DNA of 64,000 bases, taken from the NCBI GenBank assembly GCA_963726265.1, contig CAVSBQ010000002.1, positions 448,001 to 512,000 on the forward strand, written 5' to 3'. The stretch is from Candidatus Aenigmatarchaeota archaeon (GTDB taxonomy: Archaea; Aenigmatarchaeota; Aenigmatarchaeia; QMZP01; QMZT01). Positions 20,917 to 30,727 of the stretch are shown here, in pieces (position 1 is the stretch's first letter; each line of letters starts with the position of its first letter). The notes under the pieces are model-generated. The model ran no database searches, was not told where the DNA came from, and was given only the letters and a program-made list of their open reading frames with translations. Position numbers and translations under genes: made by a program.

Positions 20917-21435
20917 ATGGTAGTGCTGTGGAGATGCGAGATTTGCGGCGATCCTTACATAGGCGATGCGCCACCCAAGAACTGCCCGTTCTGCGGAGCG
21001 CACCAGAAATACATAAAGGTCGCGAAAGCTGCGAAAGCGAATTTCGACGTGAATCTCAACGCGAAAGACAAAGCGAACGCAGAGCACGCACTGAAAGTCG
21101 AAGTCGGCAACTCAACTTTTTACTTCTGCGCTGCGAACGAGACTGACGACGCGGAGGGAAAGCTGTTGTTCAAGGCGCTCGGCAAAATCGAAGCCGAGCA
21201 CGCGACCATATGGAGAAAGATACTGAAGCTCGGCAAGACTCCTGAGGGGAATGAGCAGTGCCATTCAAAGAACCGGGAAAACCTTGAAGACTCGCATGCC
21301 CGCGAGACGAGGGCAATCGAGTTCTACGGCAGGGCTGCCAAGGAAGCGCAGAACAACCGCGTGAAACAGATATTCGAGGCGCTGGTCGAGGTGGAAACGG
21401 ACCATCTGCAGCTTTCGGAGGAGAGATTAAAATGA
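20917..21435 (+). CDS. rubrerythrin family protein (N-terminal rubredoxin, C-terminal ferritin domain)
   Basis: CEICG...CPFCG then two ExxH motifs. Confidence 0.9.
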   Translation: MVVLWRCEICGDPYIGDAPPKNCPFCGAHQKYIKVAKAAKANFDVNLNAKDKANAEHALKVEVGNSTFYFCAANETDDAEGKLLFKALGKIEAEHATIWRKILKLGKTPEGNEQCHSKNRENLEDSHARETRAIEFYGRAAKEAQNNRVKQIFEALVEVETDHLQLSEERLK

Positions 21436-21560
21436 CGCATAAAGGCGAAACTTACAGGTGCCTGATATGCGGCAACTTCGTGCAGGTCGTCGAAGCGGGC
21501 GCAGGCACGCTGGTTTGCTGCGGCCAGCCCATGAAGCTGGAAAAGGCGAAGAAGAAGTAG
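21432..21560 (+). CDS. desulforedoxin / desulfoferrodoxin FeS4 domain (42 aa, absent from ORF track)
   Basis: manual translation [46 protein letters not shown] overlap with upstream stop. Confidence 0.9.
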   Translation: MTHKGETYRCLICGNFVQVVEAGAGTLVCCGQPMKLEKAKKK

Positions 21561-21589
21561 CCATGATTATAGGATGAAGATGTGGAATT

Positions 21590-22198
21590 ATGGAAAAGGG
21601 TTTTTACGCACTGCCAAAACTTAATTTCAATTATGGTGACCTCGCACCTCATATCTCAGAGGAGCAACTGAAAATCCATTACGAAAAGCATCATCAGGCA
21701 TATGTTAATGGCGCAAACGCCATATTGCAAAAGCTGGACAAAACCAGAAGCGACGGAAGCGATGTAGACATGAAGGCGACCCTGAAGGAGCTGTCGTTCC
21801 AGATAGGCGGCCATCTGCTCCACTCGCTGTTCTGGGGCAATCTCTCACCAAAAGGCGGCGGCCAGCCGAAAGGCAGGATTGCGGAAGCGCTGGAAAAGGA
21901 ATTCGGTAGCTTCGAGCGCTTCAAAAAGGAATTTACCCAGGCCGCGGCGAGCGTCGAAGGCTCGGGATGGGCGGCTCTCGCCTTCTGCAGGCAGACCGGA
22001 CGCCCTATAATCATGCAGGTGGAAAAGCACAATACCAACGTTTACCCCATGTTCAAAATACTGATGGTCATCGACGTCTTCGAGCACGCTTACTATCTCG
22101 ACTACAAGAACGACCGCGCGAAATTCGTCGAGAACTTCTGGAGCATCGTGGACTGGAACGCCGTCAACAAGCGCCTGGAAGAGCTGCTGAAAAGTTAG
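21590..22198 (+). CDS. sod: Fe/Mn superoxide dismutase
   Basis: [32 protein letters not shown]. Confidence 0.96.
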   Translation: MEKGFYALPKLNFNYGDLAPHISEEQLKIHYEKHHQAYVNGANAILQKLDKTRSDGSDVDMKATLKELSFQIGGHLLHSLFWGNLSPKGGGQPKGRIAEALEKEFGSFERFKKEFTQAAASVEGSGWAALAFCRQTGRPIIMQVEKHNTNVYPMFKILMVIDVFEHAYYLDYKNDRAKFVENFWSIVDWNAVNKRLEELLKS

Positions 22199-22239
22199 CA
22201 AACGAGGCACTGGTAATTTTCAATTTCTGAATCCCTGGC

Positions 22240-22980
22240 TTACACCAGGGTTTCCAGCAAAAACGCCAGCCCCATGCCAAAGATGATGCCGATGCTTATC
22301 GAGTGCAGATCGCATTCCTTGTTGGCAAGGGGTATGAGCTCGTCCACGACCAGGTAAACCATTACGCCGGCCGTGAACGCGAGGGCAATGGGCACTATGC
22401 CAGCCACGGTCGAGAGGAAAACCACCGCGACTAGCGCCCCGAACGGCTCCACCAGGCCTGAGGCAAGCGTTATCAAAAATGTCTTCGACTTTTTCATGCC
22501 GCTCGCCCTTAAAGGCAGGGCGATTGCAACGCCCTCCGGTATGTTGTGAATCGCTATGGCAAGGGCAAGCACGAAACCGAAAGCAGGAAGCACGGTGTAG
22601 CCGATGCCGACTATCGCTCCCTCGGGGAAATTGTGCAGCGTCATGCCGATGGCAACCATCATTCCAACTCTCAGGAATCTCACGCGGCTTTCCTTTTCGA
22701 AGCGTTCTTCCTTTATGAAATACTGGTGCGGCACGAAGAAGTCAAGGGCCATCATTATCAGCGCACCCGCCATGAATGACATGACGGCAATCTCATATGT
22801 GCCGAACTGCACCGCCTTGAAAAAGAGGCTGAGGAAAGCTATTATTATCATCACGCCGCTGGAAAATCCCAGACCGAAGCCCAGCGTGCGCTGGCCAATC
22901 TTCCTGAAATAAATGACTATAAGGCCACCAAGCGCGGTCGCGAGGCCCGCAAGGAGGCTGACTATGAAAATTTCATACAT
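22240..22980 (-). CDS. ZIP family metal transporter (GufA/ZupT-like)
   Basis: LHNFPEG, IHNIPEG, SGLVEP. Confidence 0.92.
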   Translation of the reverse strand: MYEIFIVSLLAGLATALGGLIVIYFRKIGQRTLGFGLGFSSGVMIIIAFLSLFFKAVQFGTYEIAVMSFMAGALIMMALDFFVPHQYFIKEERFEKESRVRFLRVGMMVAIGMTLHNFPEGAIVGIGYTVLPAFGFVLALAIAIHNIPEGVAIALPLRASGMKKSKTFLITLASGLVEPFGALVAVVFLSTVAGIVPIALAFTAGVMVYLVVDELIPLANKECDLHSISIGIIFGMGLAFLLETLV

Positions 22981-23065
22981 AATATTATTAATTGGGCATG
23001 GTTCATTAAATGTCTCGGCGTTGCTCGCTGAGAGAGTTTTAAATAACTAAAACCAAAATATTTTC

Positions 23066-23932
23066 ATGGCAAAGAAAAAAAGCAGAAAAGTTTCCAGAAA
23101 GAACGATGCTTTTGAGCGAAGGATGGAAGACTTCGGCGATGAAATGGGGGAAATCGGCGAAAGGTTCGGCAGGCGGATGGAGAGGCACGGCAGAAGGTGG
23201 GAAAGGCGTGGCGAGGAATGCGACACGTGGTTCCGCAACACCTTCGGCCTCGTCGGCCCGCTCATTTCGGGCGTCCTGGGCATTATCATATTGTCGCTGG
23301 TCATATGGCTGATTAATTTTTTAAACTCGAAAATAGGAAGCTGGTTCCTGGCCGAGATAAGCCTGTTCCTGATAACCAACATCGGCCTGTTTTTCCTGAT
23401 ATTCCTGTTCTTCTCATATACCTCGTATTTCTCCAAGTTCCACCGCAGGACATACGTTATCTTTTCGCCCATCCCCGTTGCGGTGGGAGCGGCGGTGTGC
23501 ATGTGGATAGCGGCCAGCGCAATAAACACCGTGAACATCCAGCTGGGCAATCCGCTGCTGGCAGCATTCGCCTTAAACCTGAACGAAAACCTGTTTTGGG
23601 TGTCCTGGCTTTTCCTTTGCATCGGCTATCTTGTTTTGGCAGTGATTCTTGCCACAAAGGGGCATTACAAGCCCGAGGAGGGAGCTGAAAGAATGACGAG
23701 AACAAAATCTTACCATAAAAAGGAAGAAGCAGGAATTCGCAGGCTTTACAGGTCGGGCAAAGACCGCATCCTTGGCGGGGTGTGCGGAGGGATAGCGGAG
23801 TATCTCGGCGTCGACCCCGTCATCATCAGGCTCCTGTGGGTGGTGGGCAGCCTTGCATGGGGCTTTGGCATCCTGCTTTACATAATATGCTGGATAATCA
23901 TCCCAAGGAACCCGAACCACAAATGGAAGTAG
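23066..23932 (+). CDS. membrane protein with C-terminal PspC domain
   Basis: RLYRSGKDRILGGVCGGIAEYLGVDP..IR. Confidence 0.88.
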   Translation: MAKKKSRKVSRKNDAFERRMEDFGDEMGEIGERFGRRMERHGRRWERRGEECDTWFRNTFGLVGPLISGVLGIIILSLVIWLINFLNSKIGSWFLAEISLFLITNIGLFFLIFLFFSYTSYFSKFHRRTYVIFSPIPVAVGAAVCMWIAASAINTVNIQLGNPLLAAFALNLNENLFWVSWLFLCIGYLVLAVILATKGHYKPEEGAERMTRTKSYHKKEEAGIRRLYRSGKDRILGGVCGGIAEYLGVDPVIIRLLWVVGSLAWGFGILLYIICWIIIPRNPNHKWK

Positions 23933-23999
23933 GTTTTTATTGCCTCCTGCCGTTTTCTTATTATTCTGGCTGAATGCCATTGAAAATCCAAGGTGCTGC

Positions 24000-24626
24000 A
24001 TGAAAAACGACATGGAACGCGCTTGCGACCTGATGAACAGCGATATCAGGAGGACAGTCGACGGCCGCATAGCGGAATTCGCCGAAATGGGCAGGAAAGA
24101 CGAGAACGAACTGTTCAAGGAGTTGTGCTTCTGCATACTCACCGCGAACTACAGCGCTGCCGGCGGGATAAGGATACAGCAGGCGATAGGAGACGGCTTC
24201 ATAACGCTCCCGGAAAACGAACTGGCGGAACGACTTAAGACGCTTGGCCACCGCTATCCCAACGCGCGGGCGCAATACATCGTCGAGGCAAGGAGACATC
24301 TCGGCTCGCTCAAAAGGATAATTGACGCATCAGCAGACAACGCGCGCCTGCGCGAGTGGCTGGTGACTAATGTCAAAGGCCTGGGTTACAAGGAGGCGAG
24401 CCATTTCCTGCGCAACATCGGCTTCAGCGACCTCGCGATTCTCGACTTCCACATAATCGATCTGCTTGAAAGATGCGGCGCTATCGTCCGGCCGAAAACG
24501 CTCACGAAAAACAAATACATGGAAATCGAGCGCGTCCTCAGGAAGTTCGCGGCAAAACGCGGCATGAACCTCGCGGAACTAGACCTCTATCTCTGGTATG
24601 TGGAAACCGGCAAGGTGCTGAAATAA
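24000..24626 (+). CDS. ogg: 8-oxoguanine DNA glycosylase/AP lyase
   Basis: ELCFCILTAN, KGLGYKEASHFLRN, LDLYLWY..TGKVLK. Confidence 0.95.
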   Translation: MKNDMERACDLMNSDIRRTVDGRIAEFAEMGRKDENELFKELCFCILTANYSAAGGIRIQQAIGDGFITLPENELAERLKTLGHRYPNARAQYIVEARRHLGSLKRIIDASADNARLREWLVTNVKGLGYKEASHFLRNIGFSDLAILDFHIIDLLERCGAIVRPKTLTKNKYMEIERVLRKFAAKRGMNLAELDLYLWYVETGKVLK

Positions 24627-24715
24627 AATCGCCACCCTCCGCGGCCTCTGGTTAATTAATATTTAAATATATAATAGCATAAGATTATCCTATCGATTAG
24701 GGTATTGGTGCAGGC

Positions 24716-25075
24716 ATGAAAGTGAAGAACAAGAACGAGCCCCTGAAGGCGCTGGTGGAAAAAATCCATGCAGATGCCATGCGGAACGGCTCGGGTATCT
24801 GGGCAGCGGTAGCCGAGGAGCTGAACAGGTCCAGGAGGATAAGATTCGAGATCAACCTGGGCGAAATCGAGAAATACGCGCAGCCCAAGGAAACGCTTGT
24901 TGTCCCCGGCATAGTGCTCGGCAGCGGAGAGCTCAGTAAGCACGTAACTGTCGCCGCTGTCAGGTTTTCCGGAAGCGCGAAAGCCAAGATAGAGAAGGCC
25001 GGAGGCGCGTGCATGTCAATCGAGGAGCTCTACGGGAAAAACCCGAAAGGCAAGGGCATAAGGATTCTGGGCTGA
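24716..25075 (+). CDS. rpl18e: 50S ribosomal protein L18e
   Basis: VVPG.VLGSG, FS.SA..KI..AGG. Confidence 0.95.
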   Translation: MKVKNKNEPLKALVEKIHADAMRNGSGIWAAVAEELNRSRRIRFEINLGEIEKYAQPKETLVVPGIVLGSGELSKHVTVAAVRFSGSAKAKIEKAGGACMSIEELYGKNPKGKGIRILG

Positions 25076-25084
25076 AACCGGGGG

Positions 25085-25501
25085 ATGCAAATGACTACTG
25101 TGATAAACGCCGAAAACTGCATTGCGGGAAGGCTGGCTTCTTTTGTGGCCAAGCGCCTGCTGAAAGGCGAAGAGATAGTCATCGTGAATGCTGAGAAGGC
25201 GATAGTCACGGGTAATCCCAAGGCGATAGAGGGGCTTTTTGACGAGAGAATAAAGAGGGGCGACCCATACCACGGGCCGTTCTACCCCAAGAAGCCGGAA
25301 AGGATCCTGAGACGGATCGTGCGCGGCATGCTGCCGTTCCACAAGCCGCGCGGCAGGGACGCATACAGGCGGCTTAAGGTTTATGTTGCTGTGCCCGAAG
25401 AATTCAGGAACGGGCAAGTGGAAAATATCAGCAAGGCGATGATAACGTCAGAAGGCAAGTTCATGTATCTCGGGGACATAACGAAAAAGTATGGTGGGTA
25501 A
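25085..25501 (+). CDS. rpl13: 50S ribosomal protein L13
   Basis: GRLAS.VAK.LL.G, NAEKA..TG, RGMLP. Confidence 0.96.
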   Translation: MQMTTVINAENCIAGRLASFVAKRLLKGEEIVIVNAEKAIVTGNPKAIEGLFDERIKRGDPYHGPFYPKKPERILRRIVRGMLPFHKPRGRDAYRRLKVYVAVPEEFRNGQVENISKAMITSEGKFMYLGDITKKYGG

Positions 25502-25969
25502 ATGACGGAAACGAAAAGGAAAACGAAGGCTGAGATGAAGGAAATCGCGGAAAAGAAAAAGGAACGGGAAGCGAGGCTCAAGACGGGCAAACGCAGGAGA
25601 GCTGTAGCCCAGGCCACCGTAAAGGCCGGAAGCGGCAGAATAGTCATCAACGGCGAGCTGCTTGAAAACTACAAGAACGCTGTCCTGAGGCTCAGGATAA
25701 TGGAGCCTTTCGTGCTCACCGACAAGAATGACTGGAAGTCTTATGATTTCATCGCTATGGCGAGAGGCGGCGGCATCATGGGCCAGGCCGACGCCGTGCG
25801 TCAGGCATTCTCAAGATGCCTTGTCGAGCTGTTCGGCGCCGAGCTGAAGCAGAAGTTCATGGAATACGACAGGAACCTGCTGGTCTACGACCCGCGAAGG
25901 ACGGAACCGCACAAGCCGCCGAGAAGCTCGCAGGGTCCGAGGAGATACAAGCAGAGGTCGAAGAGGTAA
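25502..25969 (+). CDS. rps9: 30S ribosomal protein S9
   Basis: GGG.MGQADA, YDR.LLV.DPRR.E. Confidence 0.95.
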   Translation: MTETKRKTKAEMKEIAEKKKEREARLKTGKRRRAVAQATVKAGSGRIVINGELLENYKNAVLRLRIMEPFVLTDKNDWKSYDFIAMARGGGIMGQADAVRQAFSRCLVELFGAELKQKFMEYDRNLLVYDPRRTEPHKPPRSSQGPRRYKQRSKR

Positions 25970-25990
25970 GGTTTAAAAAACAAGAAGCGA

Positions 25991-26317
25991 ATGATGCTTA
26001 TGGAATACGCAAGGATTAAACTGGCTGGAAGGGACTACAGGAAGCTTGATGAAATATGCAGGCAAATCAAGGAAATCGCCGACAAGTATGGAGTTTCGAC
26101 GCGCGGGCCGATACCCCTGCCCACGAAGAGGATGAAGGTCGTGACCATGAAGACGCCGTGCGGCGACGGGACGGGCCACGGCAATGCAACCTACGATCGC
26201 TGGGAAATGAGGATACACAAGAGGATCATGGACATCGGCTCTAACGAACGCGCTCTCCGCCAGGTCGTGCGCATCCAGATACCCGAGGACGTCAAGATAG
26301 ACATAGAGCTAAGGTAA
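25991..26317 (+). CDS. rps10: 30S ribosomal protein S10
   Basis: GPIPLPTK, DRWEMRIHKR. Confidence 0.96.
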   Translation: MMLMEYARIKLAGRDYRKLDEICRQIKEIADKYGVSTRGPIPLPTKRMKVVTMKTPCGDGTGHGNATYDRWEMRIHKRIMDIGSNERALRQVVRIQIPEDVKIDIELR

Positions 26318-26400
26318 ATTCATCTCCTGTTTTTCAGGCAAATTTTGTTCCAAAGCAGTTTAAAAGCCGCTGCTCTCAATATTTTAAAGGGGCTGCCAGA

Positions 26401-26820
26401 ATGCTTGTCGAAAAGGTCATGAACGGGCACGTTATCACCGCGGGTCCTGAGACCACGCTCCTTGAAGCCGCACAGATAATGGCGGACAACCACATAGGCT
26501 GCATCGTGGTTACGAAGGGAAAAAAGCCCGTAGGTATGCTGACCGAAAGGGACGTTCTTATCGCGGTGGCAGCGGAAGCCAATGTCAAGAAGACCAAAAT
26601 CGGCTCTGTCATGACCCACTATCTGATAACCATAGGTCCCAAGAGGCCGGTCAGCAAGGCGATAGCGCTGATGGCCGACAACAAAATAAAGAAGCTGCCC
26701 GTGGTCAACGACGAAGGCAAGCTCGTCGGCATAGTGACGGCGAGCGACATAATGTCCGTTGAGCCCGAAGCCGCAAAAAAGATAAAGCATCTGATTTCAA
26801 TGAGATTCTTCAGAAAGTGA
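26401..26820 (+). CDS. CBS domain pair protein
   Basis: GMLTERD and LPVV...LVGIVT.SD. Confidence 0.9.
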   Translation: MLVEKVMNGHVITAGPETTLLEAAQIMADNHIGCIVVTKGKKPVGMLTERDVLIAVAAEANVKKTKIGSVMTHYLITIGPKRPVSKAIALMADNKIKKLPVVNDEGKLVGIVTASDIMSVEPEAAKKIKHLISMRFFRK

Positions 26821-26827
26821 CGGCTCG

Positions 26828-27217
26828 CTACTTTTTCTCTTCGACCAAAACGCCGTTTATCACGCCGTCACGGCCCGGCTTTGACGTTACCCTGACCGAG
26901 CCTATGTCCGTCTTGACTATCGCGCCCCTCGTGATGACGTTCATCCTGACGAAGTGCGGATTGGCCGGGTTCTTTTCCACGGTGATTATTTTGGCCTTCC
27001 TGACTTTTTTCGTCTTCGGGTCGGCCACGTTTATCTCGTTCATGGCCAGGACATTGAGCTTGATGTTGCCGCCTCTCGCGCGGTTTATCTTCACCCTTCT
27101 TTCCCCGATCTTGGTCTGGATGAACTCGTTGCCCCTGTCCATCTTCCGTTTTTTCCTCGACCTTCTGAGCATCTTGCCCGTGGGTCCCCTTCTTGAACGC
27201 AAATGCCACTTGACCAT
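26828..27217 (-). CDS. rps8e: 30S ribosomal protein S8e
   Basis: R.RGGN.K, NPAN..F.R.N.IT.GA, VTS.PG.DG. Confidence 0.95.
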   Translation of the reverse strand: MVKWHLRSRRGPTGKMLRRSRKKRKMDRGNEFIQTKIGERRVKINRARGGNIKLNVLAMNEINVADPKTKKVRKAKIITVEKNPANPHFVRMNVITRGAIVKTDIGSVRVTSKPGRDGVINGVLVEEKK

Positions 27218-27379
27218 GCCAGCACCGATTCTATATATTAATCGCATGTCTATTTAAATGAATATCAGATGAGGTCAAACACGGCAAAGCGATTCTCCTG
27301 GCAACATTTATAAATAAACAAGACAAGATAATTATAACTATTTTACCCGATTTTGAATTGGGTAGAAGGAGGTTATGAA

Positions 27380-27607
27380 ATGCAGCAAAGACCGTTGGAC
27401 GTTCTGGGAAACGCGGAACACAAGAGGCTGATAATCCAGGTAAAGAACAGGGACAAGATAATCGGAACGCTGAAAGCGTTTGATTCGCACCTCAACATAT
27501 GGCTTGACGATGCGGAAGTCCAGAGCGCGGACGGAGAGACTTCCGTGAAGCTCGGAACCGTCCTCGTCCGTGGAGACAACATAGTGCTTGTTTCTCCTAG
27601 CAAATAG
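27380..27607 (+). CDS. Sm-like archaeal protein (SmAP1)
   Basis: RPLD.L, G.L.AFD.HLN, RGDN; adjacent to L37e. Confidence 0.92.
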   Translation: MQQRPLDVLGNAEHKRLIIQVKNRDKIIGTLKAFDSHLNIWLDDAEVQSADGETSVKLGTVLVRGDNIVLVSPSK

Positions 27608-27646
27608 GAGTTAAGCTTTTAAATAATTGACCCGAAGGATGATACT

Positions 27647-27835
27647 ATGACAAAGGGAACGCCCAGCATGGGCAAGAGGAACCAGAAGACGCATGTTCTT
27701 TGCAGACGATGCGGCCGCCATTCTTACCACGCGTCGAAAGGCGTGTGCTCAGCCTGCGGCTTCGGCGCCAGCAGCAAGATTAAGAAATTCAAGTGGCAGT
27801 GGAAATCCGTTGAGCGCGACGGCAGGATGAAGTAA
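27647..27835 (+). CDS. rpl37e: 50S ribosomal protein L37e
   Basis: [18 protein letters not shown]...CSACGFG. Confidence 0.96.
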   Translation: MTKGTPSMGKRNQKTHVLCRRCGRHSYHASKGVCSACGFGASSKIKKFKWQWKSVERDGRMK

Positions 27836-27883
27836 CACCGCCTAACCCATATAAATATACCATTACTTATATGTTATTACGAT

Positions 27884-28034
27884 GGGCCCGTAGCTCAACT
27901 GGCAGAGCACCAGACTCTTAGATGTTATGAGGCGCTTGCGCCCGTGACTGCGTGATATCTGGGGGTCGCGGGTTCGAGTAAGCTCTTTTCAGGAAAGTTC
28001 TTGAAAGAAGTTTTCGAAACCCCCGCCGGGCTCA
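27884..28034 (+). tRNA. tRNA-Lys(CTT) with two introns (37/38: 27921-27956; 59/60: 27979-28020)
   Basis: acceptor GGGCCCG/CGGGCTC, D stem GCTC/GAGC, anticodon stem CCAGA/TCTGG, T stem GCGGG/CCCGC; T-loop intron has clean BHB (TTCG/CGAA, bulges AGT and ACC); anticodon intron motif is relaxed. Confidence 0.88.
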
Positions 28035-28086
28035 TTAAATCTTTTTAGAAAAGGGCTTTACCAAAAAAACGAACATACGCCGTGTT

Positions 28087-28740
28087 TTACACGTCTTCGT
28101 CGACAGAAGTGAGGATGCTCTTTATTGCCTTGTCCGCGGCCTTAAGGACGGGCTCGCCGTGGCCGGGGAGTATTTTATCCAGCTTGAGCGATGCCAGCTT
28201 TTCGAGCGATGCCGCCAGGGCGTCTTCGCTGCCGCCAGGCAGGTCCGTCCTTCCGACGCCGTCCGCGAATACCGTGTCGCCGGATATCAGGATCTTGTCC
28301 TTCGAGTCGAGCAGGCATATGGAGCCCTGCGTGTGGCCCGGGGTGTGAAGCACCTTGAAGCCGAACACCTGGTCGCCGTCCTTCAGCTTCACCGCGACCT
28401 TCACTGGTTTTATGCGGCCGCTGAAATAGGCGGAGTTGCTCATGCCGGCGTCGCCTTTCTCGAGCACGCCTGCGTCCTTCTCGTGTATGTGTATCTTCGC
28501 GTTCTTGAAGAAGCCGTTCCCTCCTATGTGATCCCAGTGCATGTGCGTGTTGATTATGTTCTTTATGTTTTCGAAATCGAGCTTCAGGACCTTGAACACG
28601 TCGTAGAGCCTGACGAAGTTCGAGCCGGTCCCGGAATCGATAAGCGTGTCGTTGCCTATGAGGTATATGTTGGAATCCAGATCGGAAAGGTGTATCAGCC
28701 TTATCCTGTCGTTTATCCTGGTTAGAATCCCCATCCCCAT
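28087..28740 (-). CDS. MBL-fold metallo-hydrolase
   Basis: THMHWDHIGG, HTPGHT, SGD, PGHG. Confidence 0.92.
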   Translation of the reverse strand: MGMGILTRINDRIRLIHLSDLDSNIYLIGNDTLIDSGTGSNFVRLYDVFKVLKLDFENIKNIINTHMHWDHIGGNGFFKNAKIHIHEKDAGVLEKGDAGMSNSAYFSGRIKPVKVAVKLKDGDQVFGFKVLHTPGHTQGSICLLDSKDKILISGDTVFADGVGRTDLPGGSEDALAASLEKLASLKLDKILPGHGEPVLKAADKAIKSILTSVDEDV

Positions 28741-28852
28741 AATAATAATTTTTCAGCGAACAAATTTAAAGGGATAGCCAAAAGCGAAGAAAGGATAAAA
28801 GCTGATGCTGTTCCACAAAGGCGAAGATCCGCGCATAAGCCTGCGCCTGAAA

Positions 28853-29017
28853 TCAGACCAAAAACATGAACTTGAGCGCGATTTCTATTATGATTATCGC
28901 GGCCGCTATGCCGACGATGTGCTGCGGCTTGAGCTTTATCGCTTCCTCGGACTCTTCAAAATAGCGCACGAGGCCCGCAGTCGATTGCGGCATCAGGTTT
29001 CTGTCTTTCTTGCTCAT
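28853..29017 (-). CDS. secG: preprotein translocase subunit Sec61-beta (54 aa, absent from ORF track)
   Basis: manual translation MSKKDRNLMPQSTAGLVRYFEESEEAIKLKPQHIVGIAAAIIIIEIALKFMFLV; AGL.RYF motif plus C-terminal TM. Confidence 0.9.
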   Translation of the reverse strand: MSKKDRNLMPQSTAGLVRYFEESEEAIKLKPQHIVGIAAAIIIIEIALKFMFLV

Positions 29018-29051
29018 AATATCACATTATACTGGCCGGGTTTTTAAATAC

Positions 29052-30308
29052 CTAATACTTCATCTTCTGCTGGTATTCGACCTTGACCTGGTATTCGTTT
29101 TTCGCGTCATACTCGTCGCGCAGGCCGGCTGAAACATTGATTTCGTATCTCTCCTCTTCCATCGCCTCATCATCGGGGCTATCGATTTTCAGCACGGCCT
29201 CGAACATGTCGTATGGCTCGCCTATGTCGGATTGCGTAAGCGACGAAGTCTGGAAGCGCCAGATCTCCTTGCCCGTTTCCGCGTTAAGGCAATAAACGTG
29301 GCAGTCCATCGAGCCGAAATAGACCTTACCTTTGCTGAAAAACGGACAGGTATAAATCCCTCCGGATGTGCGGAATCTCCAGGTTTCCTTGCCTGCCAGG
29401 GTCAAACAATAAAAGTTTCCATCTTCATTGCCGAAATATAATTTTTGCATGTGGATTGCAGGCTGCATGACTATGCTGCCTGTTTCAAAACGCCATATTT
29501 CCTTGCCTGTTTCTGCATCCAGGCAGTAAGCTATGCCGTCACGGCAGCCCGTATATATTCTGTTTTCATGAAAAATGGGCGAACAGGTAATCCCATATTT
29601 ACCAGTCCTGAATCTCCATACTTCATGGCCTGTTTCTGTATCTATCGCATAGACGTTGTTGTCAAATGAGGCTACGTATATTTTGCCGTTGCTTATGTGA
29701 TATGGATTATCGCTAAGAATCTCATCGCTCGTCCTGAAGCGCCAGATAACTTTTGTGCTGTGCTTATCGATACAATACACGTAATTATCATAGGAGCCAA
29801 AAAATAGTTTATTGCCGAGGATAGTTACCGGTGTGCACACTGTGCCGCCGGTCTTGAAGCGCCAGATCTCCTTGCCGTTAAAAAGGTCGACCGCATAGAC
29901 GTAACCGTCTTTGGAACCGAAATAAATTATATCGTTATCAATACCTCCATGCGCTCCAAGCTTGTCGCCTGTTCTGAATATCCAGGCTATCTTACCTGTC
30001 TTCTTGTCAAGAGTGTATAAATTGTAGTCATGTGTTCCCATTATTACAAGCTTCTTCCAGAAAACAGGATTGTAAAAGGGTATCAGTCCGCCGAGTTTTG
30101 TTCTCCATATTTCCTTGCTTGTTTCTGGGTTGATTGCATAAATGTTTTGGTCCATAGAACCGAAGTAAAGGATGCCGTCATTTATTTTCGGAGAAGAAGC
30201 GACAGAGCCTCCGAAAGTTGCCTCCCAGCCGCGAATGAACGTCTTCGTCTTCCTGACCTCAAAGTCGGCCATCTCTATGAGAAAGTCGTCAAACTTCAAG
30301 TCGGTCAT
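29052..30308 (-). CDS. PQQ-type (BamB-like) beta-propeller repeat protein, no signal peptide
   Basis: repeated YFGS.D..VY..D..TGKEIWRF.T. Confidence 0.9.
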   Translation of the reverse strand: MTDLKFDDFLIEMADFEVRKTKTFIRGWEATFGGSVASSPKINDGILYFGSMDQNIYAINPETSKEIWRTKLGGLIPFYNPVFWKKLVIMGTHDYNLYTLDKKTGKIAWIFRTGDKLGAHGGIDNDIIYFGSKDGYVYAVDLFNGKEIWRFKTGGTVCTPVTILGNKLFFGSYDNYVYCIDKHSTKVIWRFRTSDEILSDNPYHISNGKIYVASFDNNVYAIDTETGHEVWRFRTGKYGITCSPIFHENRIYTGCRDGIAYCLDAETGKEIWRFETGSIVMQPAIHMQKLYFGNEDGNFYCLTLAGKETWRFRTSGGIYTCPFFSKGKVYFGSMDCHVYCLNAETGKEIWRFQTSSLTQSDIGEPYDMFEAVLKIDSPDDEAMEEERYEINVSAGLRDEYDAKNEYQVKVEYQQKMKY

Positions 30309-30339
30309 AGTAAAGATTTGAAAATAAGATTAAAAATGT

Positions 30340-30673
30340 GTTGTGCCGGGCATAGCCCATTTTCTGTCATCTCACGAGGTTTGATCCTCGAATGAGGCGA
30401 TAGCATTTTTCTAAGTCGTGTCCAAGCAGACCGGCATGCGAAACGCATGCCTTTCGCTTTTTCACTTTCATCCGTGCGGCGCGAACTATTTCACCCTTGC
30501 GCTCCTTCCACGCTTTTCCTTGCGGAAGCATCGCTCCGAAGCGAAGGTCATTTTCTGCGTTTGCGCGCGTTCTCTCGAACGCCGTCTTGCGACAGCACAC
30601 ACGCCATTTATTGGCTGGATGTATGGAACTTGCCTCCCTGCTTGCGCAAGGCGAGCTATCCACCCGGCTCAAC
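30340..30673 (-). ncRNA. rnpB: RNase P RNA
   Basis: minus strand: terminal helix GCCGGG/CCCGGC, GGAGGCAAGTTCCAT near 5' end pairing with ACAGAAAATGGGCT near 3' end (P4), internal GCAGAAA and GGGTGAAA, GNRA hairpins. Confidence 0.85.
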
Positions 30674-30727
30674 AAGATTTCTTGCGTTTTGGGGTTTAAA
30701 AAGATTAAAATCGCCTTTCGCCGGCCC

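Noticed and set aside
28805..29047. 80-aa plus-strand ORF
   Set aside because: Shadow of Sec61-beta on the opposite strand
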